Below are positions 18,495 through 20,898 of a stretch of 20,898 bases of DNA, piece after piece; position 1 is the stretch's first letter; the number at the start of each line of letters is the position of its first letter. Source of the stretch: Chthoniobacteraceae bacterium (GTDB lineage: Bacteria > Verrucomicrobiota > Verrucomicrobiia > Chthoniobacterales > Chthoniobacteraceae); contig JBBCKI010000051.1 of the NCBI GenBank assembly GCA_037190965.1, positions 1-20,898 on the forward strand. The letters are read 5' to 3'. The position numbers and the translations under genes are program-made. The notes under the pieces were generated by a model. That model ran no database searches, was not told the origin of the DNA, and was given only the letters and a program-made list of their open reading frames with translations.

Positions 18495-18803
18495 TTAGCC
18501 AAAAAGGCGGGAGATCCATCCAAACCATTTGCGCGCCTGCGGTTTCCTCCTCTGGAGAGCCGAGGCAGGAGCAGTTTCATCCGCGAGGAAAAACGGCGAA
18601 TCCTCCGGGTTCGGCGGCATGGGGAATTTCTTTTTCGATTGCGGCTCGATCATCGGCAGGTGCTGCAGGGGCACCCAACGGCGGAGCCGGTTATGCCAGG
18701 CGAGGTCGGAGGATTTCAGGGAGCCGTTGAGCAATTCCTTGCGAATGGCCTCCTTGGTGTAAGGGCCCGTTTGCTCACCCGCGCTAAAAACAAAAATTTT
18801 CAC
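18495..18803 (-). CDS. GYF_2 (DUF4339) domain protein
   Basis: GTG start. GEQTGPYTKEAIRKELLNGSLKSSDLAWHNRLRRWVPL matches the G.Q.GP.....L...G.L...D..W......W pattern. Confidence 0.8.
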   Translation of the reverse strand: MKIFVFSAGEQTGPYTKEAIRKELLNGSLKSSDLAWHNRLRRWVPLQHLPMIEPQSKKKFPMPPNPEDSPFFLADETAPASALQRRKPQARKWFGWISRLFG

Positions 18804-18877
18804 TCGTCGTACTGGTCGTCTCCTTTTTTAAAAAAAATCAACCAGATCACCAGCAGTTTTTACGCCATCACCGTGTC

Positions 18878-18892
18878 TCAATAACCGTGCCA
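18878..18892 (-). promoter_or_regulatory. Possible sigma54-type promoter upstream of the GYF_2 gene
   Basis: The minus strand reads TGGCACG-GTTA-TTGA against consensus TGGCACG-N4-TTGC: correct spacing with one mismatch at -12. Confidence 0.3.
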
Positions 18893-18945
18893 CCGGCAAT
18901 TACAATATTCCCACCTATATAATACGAAAGATCTTCCTGTGCTCG

Positions 18946-19047
18946 AAAGCGGCGGAAAACCGCCGCAGTCCAAGACGCTGCCCCATTTCGTCGTGCGCCA
19001 TGCAGTCGCGAGAGCGTCTTGGAGTGCGGTGGCGAAGACACCGCTTT
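18946..19047. repeat. REP-like doublet (aaagcgg...tccaagacgct / agcgtcttgga...ccgcttt)
   Basis: Terminal aaagcgg/ccgcttt, arm hairpins gcggcgg-aaaa-ccgccgc and gcggtg...caccgc, and an inner inverted repeat tccaagacgct/agcgtcttgga. Confidence 0.75.
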
Positions 19048-19088
19048 GGCGCTGCGGCTCACTTCCTCCCTCAGCGTGGACTTCAGGA

Positions 19089-19262
19089 CTACACTTCCAT
19101 CTTCAACGATACCGGAGGCGGTCTCGGCGGCGTCGAGGGCATCGGCGAGGGTGCGGGTGTAAGCGTTGGCTCCGGTTCCTCCGCAACGGGAGGCGGCGCC
19201 TTTCGCACGCAGGCGGAAAGATCCACAGCCAGGAATAGAGCCGAAAAAATAAAGAGCCTCAC
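19089..19262 (-). CDS. Small Pro-rich putative lipoprotein (57 aa, not in the ORF track)
   Basis: GTG 19262 to TAG 19089 encodes MRLFIFSALFLAVDLSACVRKAPPPVAEEPEPTLTPAPSPMPSTPPRPPPVSLKMEV, with an LSAC lipobox. Confidence 0.55.
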   Translation of the reverse strand: MRLFIFSALFLAVDLSACVRKAPPPVAEEPEPTLTPAPSPMPSTPPRPPPVSLKMEV

Positions 19263-19334
19263 ATCAGAAGCATCGGAGGATGCCGCCCATTTGCGCCCAC
19301 GCCCAAAAGTTCCCTCCGCTCCGCTTTTGAGAAC

Positions 19335-19497
19335 CCCTAAAAGCGGTGACGGGAGGGGATGAGCTGGTGTAAGATACTGAGCCGAGATGACTTAAGGAGA
19401 GGCGGGGCGTACCCCAATGGGTACGGTGAGCCTCGACGAAAGTCATCTCGGCCAGCAGATTGCGTCAGATCGCCCCGATCCATCGCCGCTTTTAGGG
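19335..19497. repeat. 163-bp nested palindromic MITE-like element upstream of eno
   Basis: Terminal 12-bp inverted repeat ccctaaaagcgg/ccgcttttaggg, inner 13-bp gccgagatgactt/aagtcatctcggc, then gaggc/gcctc and cgtaccc/gggtacg at the apex. Confidence 0.75.
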
Positions 19498-19500
19498 TAA

Positions 19501-20841
<1,341 letters not shown>

Positions 20842-20898
20842 GATCAGCGAAAACCAGGGAAAATTTGGATCCCCGGCGGGCGGTACTCTCAAAGAGTA

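Noticed and set aside
9521..19262. Shared SPMPS peptide between the CHAP lipoprotein linker and the 57-aa lipoprotein
   Set aside because: A five-residue match in low-complexity Pro/Ser linkers is not evidence of homology.

Overview
A GC-rich bacterial chromosomal window; the gene set and palindromic repeat styles suggest Verrucomicrobiota/PVC (inference only). Housekeeping-type genes are: a 5'-truncated DUF4838/CBM9-like protein, a deoxyhypusine-synthase-like homospermidine synthase, recD2, an L,D-transpeptidase, a U32 family (RlhA-like) protein, a gspE/gspF-type pair, a peptidoglycan-binding protein, an M50-CBS protease, a GYF_2 protein and enolase. The most unusual part is a compact phage-like cassette at 6731-10129. 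It has seven genes chained by six consecutive ATGA stop/start overlaps and encodes two virion/lectin-like proteins, a hypothetical protein, two holin-like membrane proteins, a helical unimolecular-spanin-like lipoprotein and a CHAP hydrolase that is itself a predicted lipoprotein. No integrase, capsid, terminase or replication gene accompanies it. A long hairpin and repeated GTGTGACT motifs lie at its left edge. Intergenic spaces hold several palindromic REP/MITE-like elements, including two 155-bp copies with 13 mismatches. A 57-aa lipoprotein-like ORF is missing from the ORF track. All product calls come from motifs read by eye; no database searches were run.
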